Below are positions 1 to 9,148 of a DNA stretch of 38,978 nt, in pieces. The DNA is taken from the IMG/VR virus record IMGVR_UViG_2713896784_000029, one strand, 5' to 3'. Made by a program: the position numbers and the translations under genes. The stretch's first letter is position 1. Each line of letters starts with the position of its first letter. The notes under the pieces are model-generated. The model saw only the letters and a list, made by a program, of their open reading frames with translations. It did no database searches and had not been told where the DNA came from. Source of the DNA: a virus. Its lineage: Duplodnaviria > Heunggongvirae > Uroviricota > Caudoviricetes.

Positions 1-531
1 CTAACCCGCTTTAGATTCTACCGGATTTGATTGCCTACTTGTCTCGGTTTTTTCCAAAATCTCTCTGACGCAATCGTCTGGCATATCTACAATCATCAAC
101 GCAGCCAGGCGCTTCCTGCCTTCTAGTTGTAATAAATCCTGGTTTTCTTTATCCAGCAGTGTCAGAACCGTCTCTACACCTTTGCGAGCAAGGAGATTGG
201 TTAACTGTTCTCGTTCGTCTTTCGTAAGGAATGAAAGCATCTGTGTAAGTTGATCTCCCTTATCACCAGAACAACCAAAATTACCACAAATACCAACATC
301 GTTTGGTGATTCACCCTTGCCCTCTTTAAGCCACTCAAGACTAACTCCTTCACTTTCAGAAATTCGTATAAGGATACTTTCTCTGGGGGCTGGTTGTGTT
401 TGTCCTCCCTTGAAATAGCTGTTTAATGTGTTGATATTGATTCCCCACGCTCTGGCAGCTGCACTTCTTGAAGGGTAGCGCTTTGTAAGCATTCCAATAC
501 GTTCAATAACAGGTTCTTTTCCCTGCGACAT
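1..531 (-). CDS. prophage repressor, XRE/Cro-C1-type HTH
   Basis: Leftward ORF divergent from ner; HTH-like segment SRSAAARAWGININTLNSYFKG; start at minus-strand ATG 531 preferred because of upstream GAGGT RBS (ORF-track start 606 has none). Stop codon is at window bases 1-3. Confidence 0.6.
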   Translation of the reverse strand: MSQGKEPVIERIGMLTKRYPSRSAAARAWGININTLNSYFKGGQTQPAPRESILIRISESEGVSLEWLKEGKGESPNDVGICGNFGCSGDKGDQLTQMLSFLTKDEREQLTNLLARKGVETVLTLLDKENQDLLQLEGRKRLAALMIVDMPDDCVREILEKTETSRQSNPVESKAG

Positions 532-611
532 AAAGATACCTCTTGGTGCTTTTCTAAGGAAAGGTTTCTTTCTATTTATCCAATTGAAAAATAAGGATAA
601 AAGCAAAAATT

Positions 612-697
612 AGCCAAAATACCAAAAATACCTTGATTTGGTATTTTTGGTGATGCATTATTTACCCGTGCAGATATCCGCACGAATATCCGCGCGG
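612..697. promoter_or_regulatory. repressor/ner divergent operator-promoter region
   Basis: Perfect 11-bp inverted repeat CCAAAAATACC (622-632) / GGTATTTTTGG (640-650), overlapping direct repeat CCAAAATACC (614-623), direct repeat ATATCCGC at 674-681 and 686-693, palindrome CCGCGCGG; lies between divergent repressor and ner. Confidence 0.5.
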
Positions 698-721
698 GTA
701 ACTTTTTAGAATAGAGGAAGT

Positions 722-970
722 ATGAGTAGAAGAGAAGTTTCAGATCACGATTGGCCGCCTGAAATCATCAAGGCGCGCTTACACATGGCTGGCTTATCAC
801 TGCGCTCTTTATCTTTAAAGGCTGGTTACAGCAGGGATTCGCTGAAAAGCGTATTACGTACTCCTTGCCGACCGTATCAGCAAATAATTGCTGATGCTCT
901 TGGGGTATCGCCTGAAGAAATCTGGCCCAGTAGATACCAGGTTAAGAGCTATATGAGAAAGGCGTCATGA
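722..970 (+). CDS. ner: Ner-like DNA-binding protein (early transcription regulator)
   Basis: 82 aa; motif QIIADALGVSPEEIWPSRYQ matches the Mu Ner/Nlp C-terminal pattern; RBS AGGAAG; first gene of rightward early operon. Confidence 0.85.
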   Translation: MSRREVSDHDWPPEIIKARLHMAGLSLRSLSLKAGYSRDSLKSVLRTPCRPYQQIIADALGVSPEEIWPSRYQVKSYMRKAS

Positions 971-971
971 T

Positions 972-3062
972 ATGTATGTCATTGCAAAAGAACTGATTGG
1001 CGCGCCCGGAATGCCTGCTACAACAAAAGGTATTCGCCAGGCATTACAACGTTACGTACAAGGGAAAAGCTGTTGTTCCCGTCGTCGCTCAGGCTCTAAA
1101 GCAACTGAATACAGCATCGACTGTTTACCTGAAGTGACGCAGCAGGCATTACGTGAACGTTATGCCCTGCAACTGATGACGCAAAAAGCCGATGAATCAC
1201 CGGCTCCGGTGGTGACAAAGGCCAGACGCTCATCTGACGTGGTTGATGCGGTGGAGGCATATCGCGGATCACCACAACTGATGGTCGAACGCCTCAATGC
1301 CCTGACTGAAAACCAGCGCCAGGTGGCTGATGCACGAATCGCGATCGTCAGCGAAGTGATGAAAGTCGCGCAACAACCCGGTTTCAGCTGCGCGAAGGCT
1401 ATCCGGTTTATCGTTGACAACCTGGCACGTTCACAGCTGGACGAGCGCATTGTGGCAATGGTTGAGACGGCGAACGCCAAAAAGGGAAACAGCCGTGCGT
1501 TGAGTGAAATCACGCTGAAGCGATGGATTGCGGCCTTTAACAAGGCACAGAACGCCGCTGAACGCCTGCTTTTACTGGCACCGGGTAAACGCCAGGAAAT
1601 AAAAGCCGAAGATATTAACTGGCTGCCCGAATTTCTGGCGCAGTATCGCCAGTCAAACGGCCGACCAATGACCGAGGCTTACGAGGATTTTGTCGCTGAA
1701 TGGCAGCACCGGCACGCTGATGAGCCTTATATGCTCGATATCATGCCGTCTTATGACACCATTCGCCGCGCAATGAAGAAACTGCCGGAAGTGGTGAAAC
1801 AAAAAGGCCGGGTGACCGGCAGTGAATACCGCCAGCTTGAGGGATTCACGCGCCGCGACTGGTCCAGAATGCCGGTGAATTATGTCTGGATTGGTGACGG
1901 TCACGGCATGAAGCTGAAATGCGCACACCCGGTTCACGGTCGGCCATTTGCACCGGAAGTGACCTTTGTTATCGACGGTGGCACGCGCTTTGTGGTGGGC
2001 TGGAGCCTTGACCTGGCTGAAAATGTTTTCGCCGTAGCCGGTGCCATACAGCACGGCATTCGCCATCACGGCAAACCGTTTCTGTATTACTCGGATAACG
2101 GCTCCGGGGAAACCGCCGACATCCTGGATAAGGAGGTTGTGGGGATACTGCCGCGACTGGGGATTAATCACCCGACCGGGATTGCCGGTAATCCGCAGGG
2201 GCGAGGCATTATCGAACGGCTTAACCGCACATTACCGATGCGCATAGCCCGTAAATACCGCACCTATTTCGGGAAAGGTGCAGATCGCGAGACGTTACGC
2301 AAAACCAACCGCGATTTACGCTCGGCATTTACTGCCCTGCAACAGGGCAAACGGCTGAACGCCCGGCAGCAGTCAGCGATGCGTGATTTACCGTCCTGGT
2401 CTGAACTGATTGATGCCATTCGTGATGGTGTTGAGTGGTACAACAACCGGCCGCACGATGAATTACCGGTGAAGCCGAACGGCAAGCATTACAGCCCGGC
2501 GGAGTTCAGAAAAAAACGCCTGGCGGAAGAGGACACGGAAATTGAATGGCTGTCCGATGTGGAATTGCGGGACATGTTCCGGCCGATGGTGGAACGCCCT
2601 GTAAGACGCTGTGAAATACGCTGGCTGAATAATATTTACTACGCGCCCGAGCTGCGTGATGAGCATGGCCGCAAGGTGCTTATCAGCTATGACATTCATG
2701 ATGCCGAACGAATTACCGTACGTCGCCTGGATGGCAGCGTGATTTGCGAGGCGGTATGGGACGGTAATAAACGCGAAGCCTTCCCGGTTAGCGCGGAATA
2801 CTACAAACAGCAGCAACGCCTTAAAGGCATGCGTAAACGCGCAGAGGAAAAAATCCGTGATGCCGAGGATGAGGTTGTCAACGTGCTGGAGCACAAGCCG
2901 CAGGAGCCCTGGCTGGAAAACATCTATCGCCCGGTAGGTAATACGGTGGCCGTTCAGCAACCTGCCATTGATGATGAGCCTGATGAAGAATACGAGCGCA
3001 ATTTCCAGCGGGGATTGCAGTTGCTCGAAGCGAAATTAAAAGAAAATGACCCGCTGGCCTGA
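972..3062 (+). CDS. A: Mu-type DDE transposase A
   Basis: 696 aa; position after ner; candidate catalytic D-D-E in VWIGDGHGM, YYSDNGSGE, IIERLNRT; N-terminus resembles the MuA end/enhancer-binding domain. Confidence 0.9.
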   Translation: MYVIAKELIGAPGMPATTKGIRQALQRYVQGKSCCSRRRSGSKATEYSIDCLPEVTQQALRERYALQLMTQKADESPAPVVTKARRSSDVVDAVEAYRGSPQLMVERLNALTENQRQVADARIAIVSEVMKVAQQPGFSCAKAIRFIVDNLARSQLDERIVAMVETANAKKGNSRALSEITLKRWIAAFNKAQNAAERLLLLAPGKRQEIKAEDINWLPEFLAQYRQSNGRPMTEAYEDFVAEWQHRHADEPYMLDIMPSYDTIRRAMKKLPEVVKQKGRVTGSEYRQLEGFTRRDWSRMPVNYVWIGDGHGMKLKCAHPVHGRPFAPEVTFVIDGGTRFVVGWSLDLAENVFAVAGAIQHGIRHHGKPFLYYSDNGSGETADILDKEVVGILPRLGINHPTGIAGNPQGRGIIERLNRTLPMRIARKYRTYFGKGADRETLRKTNRDLRSAFTALQQGKRLNARQQSAMRDLPSWSELIDAIRDGVEWYNNRPHDELPVKPNGKHYSPAEFRKKRLAEEDTEIEWLSDVELRDMFRPMVERPVRRCEIRWLNNIYYAPELRDEHGRKVLISYDIHDAERITVRRLDGSVICEAVWDGNKREAFPVSAEYYKQQQRLKGMRKRAEEKIRDAEDEVVNVLEHKPQEPWLENIYRPVGNTVAVQQPAIDDEPDEEYERNFQRGLQLLEAKLKENDPLA

Positions 3063-3132
3063 AATAAAAAATAACCCGAGCGGCGACTCAGGTTATTTGA
3101 TTAAACAAGGTATCAAATGAGAGGTTAATAAT

Positions 3133-4065
3133 ATGACTGATATTAACGATGTAATCAAGACCATTGATGAACTTATTGATGGCGGCGTACTGACGCAGTA
3201 TGCCATCGCCAGAGAGGCGGGAATTTCCGACGGCACATTATCGGCTTTCCGCAAGGGAAAATATAAAGGCGATAACGCTGCTGTGGCTGCTTCCCTGCGT
3301 TCCTGGTATGAGAACTGGAATAAACAAAGCGCACTGCCGGAACCGCCGCAGTTTGTGGAAACGCAGACAGTCCAGGAGCTGCGCGCACTGTTTCAGGCGG
3401 TTCGTCTGATGGGCTGTATTAACGTTATTGTGGGCGTACCGGGTGTGGGTAAAACGGCCACTGCCCGTAATTACTGCCAGGAGCAACCAAACACCTGGAT
3501 GATCACCCTGTCACCCGCGCACTCCAGCGTCACGGAGTGTCTGCTGGAGCTGGCCGATGCGCTGGGGATTGATTACACCCGCGCGAACAAAGGGGCATTA
3601 TCCCGCGCCATCCGCCGTCGCCTGATGGGAACGCGTGGACTGGTGATTGTGGATGAGGCGGATCATCTTGGTATTGACGGTCTGGAGCAACTCCGGGCAA
3701 TTCAGGACGCCACGGGGATCGGGATGGTGCTTATTGGTAACCCGCGCGGATTGTTTAAAGGTGGACGCCGCGCCTTTGATGATTTATCGCGCCTGTTCAG
3801 CCGTCTTGCCCGTACAAAACAACTTCGCAAGGCCAAAAAGGCGGATGTGCTGGCCATTGCCAGGGCATGGGGAATCAGTGGTGAGGCCGAGCTGGCCGTC
3901 ATGCAGGCTATCGCTGAAAAGCCGGGAGCGTTACGCGTTCTGACACATACGCTTAACCAGGCGTGGCTCACCGCCAGCGGTGAAGGCGCGGCGCTGACAG
4001 AAAAACATATTAATGCGGCCTTTAAAGAGGTTTATACCAACCCTGAATTACTCTCGCAGGTGTGA
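3133..4065 (+). CDS. B: transposition target-DNA activator B (AAA+ ATPase)
   Basis: 310 aa; Walker A GVPGVGKT, Walker B-like LVIVDEADHL; immediately downstream of A; RBS GAGAGG. Confidence 0.85.
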   Translation: MTDINDVIKTIDELIDGGVLTQYAIAREAGISDGTLSAFRKGKYKGDNAAVAASLRSWYENWNKQSALPEPPQFVETQTVQELRALFQAVRLMGCINVIVGVPGVGKTATARNYCQEQPNTWMITLSPAHSSVTECLLELADALGIDYTRANKGALSRAIRRRLMGTRGLVIVDEADHLGIDGLEQLRAIQDATGIGMVLIGNPRGLFKGGRRAFDDLSRLFSRLARTKQLRKAKKADVLAIARAWGISGEAELAVMQAIAEKPGALRVLTHTLNQAWLTASGEGAALTEKHINAAFKEVYTNPELLSQV

Positions 4066-4067
4066 TT

Positions 4068-4289
4068 ATGGCTGTATTTAATATTCCTGATATTTACGGA
4101 CGCTTTTACCTGGTTAATTTCGATAACGTCAAAGCAGTCTCCATGTCTGACAGTGAAGAATGTGGCGATTTACTCTTTGAATTTAATGATCGCACCCGAA
4201 TGGCAATATCGGCAGGACTTGATCGTGAAGGTGCGAAAGAAGCTTACAGCAATATTTGTCGCTTTATCGGTGCAAGACGGGTTAGTTAA
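4068..4289 (+). CDS. hypothetical early protein (kil position)
   Basis: ATG with AGGTG RBS overlapping B stop; AT-rich; no recognisable domain. Confidence 0.45.
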   Translation: MAVFNIPDIYGRFYLVNFDNVKAVSMSDSEECGDLLFEFNDRTRMAISAGLDREGAKEAYSNICRFIGARRVS

Positions 4290-4301
4290 ACGAGAGGTTA
4301 T

Positions 4302-4721
4302 ATGAAAATGCAGATACAGCAGGAAATCAATGTTCTCCACAGCTTTCGTGAGTTTAACAACAATGACTGTGAGGTTCGTGATTATATCTATGAATTGATG
4401 AACGGTGACGGTGTGTGTTTTCTGTTTATCGACCTGTATCAATGGTATGCAGACCAGCAGTGTGAATCTGTCCGGCAGCGTTTTGATTATGAGTGCTTTG
4501 ATGTGGACGTATGGGAAGGCCTGCGTTTTGGTTTTCTGATCCCGGGTGATTATCGCCGGGAGTGGCGACATAGTTACTCCATTCTTCGGGCAATCATGCG
4601 TGGCGAAACCCGAAAAATGCCGGGGATGGGTAAGGTTAATCGCGGCCTCCTGTTAGAGATAGCAGCAGCGCACATGAATCCATTACTGATACAACCGGAG
4701 TTTACTTATGAATTTGTTTGA
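4302..4721 (+). CDS. hypothetical early protein
   Basis: 139-aa ORF with GAGAGG RBS; function unknown. Confidence 0.5.
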   Translation: MKMQIQQEINVLHSFREFNNNDCEVRDYIYELMNGDGVCFLFIDLYQWYADQQCESVRQRFDYECFDVDVWEGLRFGFLIPGDYRREWRHSYSILRAIMRGETRKMPGMGKVNRGLLLEIAAAHMNPLLIQPEFTYEFV

Positions 4722-4938
4722 TTCACTGAATAACGCCCGTCGCCTGACCGAACTTGCCGGTGCGGTACTGGAACGCAGTAAGCGCTATCCGCAACGTTTT
4801 GCACTGAAAACCACGCCGCCGGTAGGCGAGGTTCAGGGGAGTGGTGAAGAAATTGAAATCACCGTTAAGACCAACGGCCTGCGCCGCCGTGTGAAGGCCA
4901 CCCGCATAAGCGGATGCACGGTTTACTGGGAAGTATGA
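4708..4938 (+). CDS. hypothetical early protein
   Basis: 76-aa ORF with start overlapping upstream stop (translational coupling); GGAG RBS. Confidence 0.4.
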   Translation: MNLFDSLNNARRLTELAGAVLERSKRYPQRFALKTTPPVGEVQGSGEEIEITVKTNGLRRRVKATRISGCTVYWEV

Positions 4939-5012
4939 AGTTACTTCATGGTTCGGCTCTGTCATCAGGCCAGACGCCGGGTCAGTTATCCGAACAAAAC
5001 GAGGACCAGAGG

Positions 5013-5285
5013 ATGAGTAAAGTCGTACGCATTATTTTCGAATACAAGGAGCACGTTATCCATAAAAACGCTGATGGAACAGTGCGCATGGGGGTAAGTC
5101 TGGACATACGTTCAACCGGGATAAAGCAGAAAGGTGATGGACCCGCCATGATTTTTGGAGTGGTTATGCTCGCGGAAAGCAGAGACTTTGCTGAACTTGT
5201 GGCAATGAAAGCCAGAGCGCTCATGAAAGATATGAACATGAGTTCCGGGGTTATTAAAGGTAATGAATTTAATCAGCAGGGGTAA
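5013..5285 (+). CDS. hypothetical early protein, tandem paralogue 1
   Basis: Internal ATG 5013 preceded by GAGGACCAGAGG; N-terminus MSKVVRIIFEYKEHV resembles the next gene. Confidence 0.5.
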   Translation: MSKVVRIIFEYKEHVIHKNADGTVRMGVSLDIRSTGIKQKGDGPAMIFGVVMLAESRDFAELVAMKARALMKDMNMSSGVIKGNEFNQQG

Positions 5286-5289
5286 TTCC

Positions 5290-5583
5290 ATGAGCAAAGT
5301 ACGCGTTATTTTTGAATTTGAGCATGTTTCGCATGACGAAAAACCGGCAGGCAATGACAGTGTTGAAGTGCATGAAAAGATTGGAGTGGATGTGAAAACA
5401 GAACGTGATACGGATAACAGGCCGACGTCACTCTGTGACGTTTATGCAAGCATTCTCCAGTATCACAGTCCTGTAATTATTCAGTTTCTCTCAGCGGAAT
5501 TTCAGGCATCTGTACAGGCTTTTGGGGCGGATGCCATCATTAAACGCCACCGTGTGCATAAAGCATCAGGCACACTGCAATAA
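5290..5583 (+). CDS. hypothetical early protein, tandem paralogue 2
   Basis: ATG 5290; N-terminus MSKVRVIFEFEHV parallels the upstream gene. Confidence 0.5.
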   Translation: MSKVRVIFEFEHVSHDEKPAGNDSVEVHEKIGVDVKTERDTDNRPTSLCDVYASILQYHSPVIIQFLSAEFQASVQAFGADAIIKRHRVHKASGTLQ

Positions 5584-5593
5584 GGAAAACAAA

Positions 5594-6124
5594 ATGGTTA
5601 AACGTGTTACAAAATTAAAGGCCGCAGCCGAGGCTGCACCGCAGACCCGCGAAGAAGTCAGCCGCGATATCCGCACCCTGGGCGATATTCAGCGAGAGGC
5701 GCTGCGCCTGGAAACGGCAATGAATGATGAAGTGGCAGAAATCACCGCCCGTTATACGCCGCAGATTGAAAACCTTAAAAAAGAAATCAAAGTGCTTTTT
5801 AAAGGGATTCATGACTGGTGTAAAACCAACCGCAATGAGCTGACGAACGGCGGCGAAACCAAAACTGCCAATCTGACCACCGGAACGGTGTCGTGGCGAC
5901 TGGGGAATCCATCATGCAGCGTCAGTCGTGATGTTGAAGGCGTGATTGAAATGCTGCGTCGTATGGGGCTTGAGCGCTTCATCCGCACGAAAGAGGAAGT
6001 GAATAAGCAAGCTGTCCTGGCAGAGCCGGATGCGGTGAAAGGGATTGCTGGTATTAAGGTGAATAAAGGCGCTGAAAGTTTTCATGTCGAGCCTTTTGAA
6101 CAGGACGTCGGACTGAATAAATAA
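5594..6124 (+). CDS. gam: Gam host-nuclease inhibitor (DNA-end binding, Ku-like)
   Basis: Translation from ATG 5594 (RBS AAGGAAAA); motifs IGDIQREALRLETAMNDEVAEIT, ELTNGGETKTANLTTGTVSWR and RFIRTKEEVNKQAVLAEP closely parallel Mu Gam. Confidence 0.85.
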   Translation: MVKRVTKLKAAAEAAPQTREEVSRDIRTLGDIQREALRLETAMNDEVAEITARYTPQIENLKKEIKVLFKGIHDWCKTNRNELTNGGETKTANLTTGTVSWRLGNPSCSVSRDVEGVIEMLRRMGLERFIRTKEEVNKQAVLAEPDAVKGIAGIKVNKGAESFHVEPFEQDVGLNK

Positions 6125-6208
6125 CACCGCATTAAATCTTTAAATATCACATCGTTTTAATTATGGCGCTTGCGTCAGGGGACTGCTCGCGCCTGAATGA
6201 GGCATATC

Positions 6209-6787
6209 ATGAGTATTAAATATCGTTATTTTAAAATGAATGAGCACGATTCCCGTCATTATCACCGGGAATGGCTTGATAGTGTTGGCAGGGAGCGCCA
6301 GAAATTGATTGATGATTTTCTCAGTAATCAGAATGCCAGAGGATATAGTTACTCCTGGTATTGTGGGGATTTTTTTGTCAAATCAATACTGGTGCATGAG
6401 GATGTTGATGTCGGAAGAAATAAACGGGTGTTGTCTGATAAATTTGATGAAGATGGCCGCGTTTTATTTTCAGTTAAGCCCGACCGCAGATTCAGAGAGG
6501 GAAAAAAACTGAACAAAGCACTGAATATCTTAAACGAGAAGTTAAAACAGCTTCCGTCATTCAGTACCTGGATGGTTAATAAACTGGACTGCTATTTTGA
6601 GGTTTTTGGTGTCAGCAACGGCCGCACAGTTATGGCGTGCTCTTCTGCCGGGTTCTATGGCGACAAAGGGGCTGTTGTGGTTCGTATTCCTGTCGGTGAA
6701 TCAGATAATGCCTTTTCACCTGAAAAGCTGCATCCGTCATTGATGGCAATCAAGCATTCCGAATTCATCGCAATAACGGAGGAATAA
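6209..6787 (+). CDS. hypothetical protein in AT-rich early insertion
   Basis: ORF in a visibly AT-rich stretch (about 6130-6560); ATG 6209 preferred (TGAGG RBS) over ORF-track start 6197. Confidence 0.45.
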   Translation: MSIKYRYFKMNEHDSRHYHREWLDSVGRERQKLIDDFLSNQNARGYSYSWYCGDFFVKSILVHEDVDVGRNKRVLSDKFDEDGRVLFSVKPDRRFREGKKLNKALNILNEKLKQLPSFSTWMVNKLDCYFEVFGVSNGRTVMACSSAGFYGDKGAVVVRIPVGESDNAFSPEKLHPSLMAIKHSEFIAITEE

Positions 6788-6790
6788 TTC

Positions 6791-7324
6791 ATGATTGATG
6801 CAAAAGTGCTTGAAGGGGTTAAAAACTGGCTGCGTATTTACGGACGTCTGACCTGCGGTGTTCTGGCTGAAAAAATGAATATGCCGCCATCCTCCATGGT
6901 TTATTTTCTGCGTGATGCGGTTGATGCAGGCGTGCTGACGGAATGTAACGGTTTTTATGATATTCCGCGTCCCCGCCCGGTGCAGCCGGTTCGTCGCAAA
7001 TGCAGCCAGGAATCTGCGGCTGATGATGTTCAGTGGTGCAGCTTCAGAAAATCCCTGCCGTGGATTGAAGGGCATGATATTCCGTCGATGGCGTGGGAAT
7101 TTGCTCAGGGCGTACTGACCTGCGAAACCGTTTATGTGGTGGCTGAAGTTGATGAGCAGGCCATGAAAGAAGGCGTGCCCCAGTTTGTGATGGCGTATAT
7201 CGACATCCGCCTGGGCGTCATTATCTGCGGTTTAAGCGGCTGGAATATCACCTCGCGCGTTCTGCGTTACCTGATTGTTGACCGGACGGCCGCGCCTGCC
7301 GGGATATCTGCGGAGGTGGCGTAA
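6791..7324 (+). CDS. hypothetical early protein
   Basis: 177-aa ORF tightly packed after previous gene; N-terminal 50 aa look like a winged-helix fold. Confidence 0.45.
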   Translation: MIDAKVLEGVKNWLRIYGRLTCGVLAEKMNMPPSSMVYFLRDAVDAGVLTECNGFYDIPRPRPVQPVRRKCSQESAADDVQWCSFRKSLPWIEGHDIPSMAWEFAQGVLTCETVYVVAEVDEQAMKEGVPQFVMAYIDIRLGVIICGLSGWNITSRVLRYLIVDRTAAPAGISAEVA

Positions 7325-7839
7325 TGTTCTTTAAAACATCAAACCCTTCCGCGCTGGCCGCGTGGCAAAAATATCAGCAGGACTGCCAGAAAGTTAAGGA
7401 TGAGGCAAAACGCCTTGAGGCCGTGCTGAATGTTGCGTGCCGATCGGTATTTGTATCCGGTATCAGTGGCTTTTGTTTTAAAGGGCTGCGCTTTATGGAT
7501 GACAAATATCCTTTTCATCGCGACTTATGGCGAAAACCGACTGCGTCGAATGGCTGGAGCTGCACACCGCGCACATCACGTATTCCCAAAGCCCTGCGCG
7601 TTGCCTCTGACGAACTTAACAGTCTGTGGCGTGAATATTCGCTCGTCACGTATGCCAGAACCGATGCCCTGTTGTTCTGGCTGGGCATTGACTTCTCAGC
7701 AATATTGCATGGTCCCGTGAAGTGGTTCTGCGTTGACGATGTGATTTATCTCCAGTGCGGCGTAAAACCCGCAAAACAGAGAATGACCGAAATTCTGCCT
7801 GATGAGTTTTATGCTGCCGAAAAGCGAGTCAGGGGGTGA
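7324..7839 (+). CDS. hypothetical early protein
   Basis: 171-aa ORF; start overlaps upstream stop. Confidence 0.45.
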   Translation: MFFKTSNPSALAAWQKYQQDCQKVKDEAKRLEAVLNVACRSVFVSGISGFCFKGLRFMDDKYPFHRDLWRKPTASNGWSCTPRTSRIPKALRVASDELNSLWREYSLVTYARTDALLFWLGIDFSAILHGPVKWFCVDDVIYLQCGVKPAKQRMTEILPDEFYAAEKRVRG

Positions 7840-7842
7840 TGT

Positions 7843-8394
7843 ATGATGATTTTACAACCCATGGGGCGAAAAGGCCGTGCACCCGCTCATGTTCGTGCAT
7901 GGACACCTGAAGAAGATGCGCTGCTGATTGCGCTTTATCCATCCACCCCGGTTAAGGATATTGCTGTCAGGGTAAAAAGAAGTTACTGGGGTGTATATAA
8001 CCGGATTGTTTTATTGCGCGGTACTTACCCGGAGTTGCTCAAATGCAAACGTCCCAGATTTAAACATGATGAAGATAAATTTATCCGAAAAAATGCCAGA
8101 ACAATGACCGGTAAGCAAATAGGAGAATATCTGGGGCGAGACCGGGACTCTGTCCACAATCGGGCGCGATATATTGGCGTAAGCATGAAAAAATACGGAG
8201 AGTTGCTGCCCTTCACCCGCATACCTGACGATGATGTTCGTCTTATTCGTGAATTACGGGATGCTGAATCACCACGGCGTCTTACCTTTAGGGAAATCGG
8301 CGAGAAATTTGAATTATCCGAGGGCACGGTGAGTTTTATTTATCACCGTCGTCGGACTGCCGAAGATGTTGTATTACGGGAGTTAATGCCATGA
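7843..8394 (+). CDS. hypothetical DNA-binding protein with three HTH-like repeats
   Basis: AGGGGG RBS; three internally similar ~50-aa segments each ending in a basic HTH-like helix (WGVYNRIVLLRG / VHNRARYIGV / VSFIYHRRR). Confidence 0.45.
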   Translation: MMILQPMGRKGRAPAHVRAWTPEEDALLIALYPSTPVKDIAVRVKRSYWGVYNRIVLLRGTYPELLKCKRPRFKHDEDKFIRKNARTMTGKQIGEYLGRDRDSVHNRARYIGVSMKKYGELLPFTRIPDDDVRLIRELRDAESPRRLTFREIGEKFELSEGTVSFIYHRRRTAEDVVLRELMP

Positions 8395-8723
8395 TAACGA
8401 CATTATTTGTTGAATCAGATGAACCCCTTGTGTGTGCCGCCGGAATGCCGGTCTGTGGCGGAACGCTGACCGGTGTTTATTTCGGGGATTTGCGCGGTTA
8501 TCCCTGGCATTCACTGAATGATGCTTTCCCGCCTGATATGGAGGCTGTCGTGCTGATTGTTCAGTATGGTCACAGGCAGGAACTGCGCATCGGCCATATG
8601 GGGTATGAAGGCTTTTTTATTGATGAAGAAACTGGAGCCTGCCTTGAAGATGAGGACGGACAGGTGACGCACTGGTGCCATATTTCAGCTTTACCGGAAT
8701 TACAGGAGACGCCCAATGGATGA
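8391..8723 (+). CDS. hypothetical early protein
   Basis: 110-aa ORF overlapping upstream stop (ATGA). Confidence 0.45.
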   Translation: MITTLFVESDEPLVCAAGMPVCGGTLTGVYFGDLRGYPWHSLNDAFPPDMEAVVLIVQYGHRQELRIGHMGYEGFFIDEETGACLEDEDGQVTHWCHISALPELQETPNG

Positions 8724-8856
8724 TCAAATAGTTGAATGTCCCACCTGTGGAAATGAAGCCCCGGAGTATCTGAAAGAGTGCCCACATTGTGGTGAGGTAA
8801 AATGTAATCACTGCGATATGGGCGACGACACTGCATGTATGAATTGTGAGGATTAA
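8716..8856 (+). CDS. small zinc-ribbon protein with four CxxC motifs (46 aa)
   Basis: Not in the supplied ORF track (under 60 aa). ATG 8716 after AGGAGA RBS; translation MDDQIVECPTCGNEAPEYLKECPHCGEVKCNHCDMGDDTACMNCED has CPTC, CPHC, CNHC, CMNC. Confidence 0.45.
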   Translation: MDDQIVECPTCGNEAPEYLKECPHCGEVKCNHCDMGDDTACMNCED

Positions 8857-8860
8857 TAAT

Positions 8861-9148
8861 ATGGAAAAAGAAATCAAATTTGCGCCTAAAGATATCGACG
8901 AAGAACTGGCTAAAATCGGCATGCTTGAGCGTATGCGGGACATTATCGAATATGCGATAAAAGAAAATCTTGCAGCCAGAGAAGCCCTTTTGATAATGGA
9001 GCGGGAGATTAACCTGATTAAGGATGCTGTATCTCTGGATAATAAAATAGCCCGCGAGGAATACGTTCGCCGCAGGCTCGGTGTTGATGGTTCAGCAATT
9101 CTTACATCTGAACATTATGCAAAAATCTTTAATCTTTTTTCGCGGTAA
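8861..9148 (+). CDS. hypothetical protein (AT-rich)
   Basis: ATG 8861 (MEKEIKFAPKD); helical, charged; 3' end overlaps a convergent minus-strand ORF by 20 bp. Confidence 0.45.
   Translation: MEKEIKFAPKDIDEELAKIGMLERMRDIIEYAIKENLAAREALLIMEREINLIKDAVSLDNKIAREEYVRRRLGVDGSAILTSEHYAKIFNLFSR

Noticed and set aside
972-3062. Interpreting the transposase as an IS element
   Set aside because: It is followed by a MuB-type AAA+ partner and embedded in a full phage genome; it is the phage replicative transposase.
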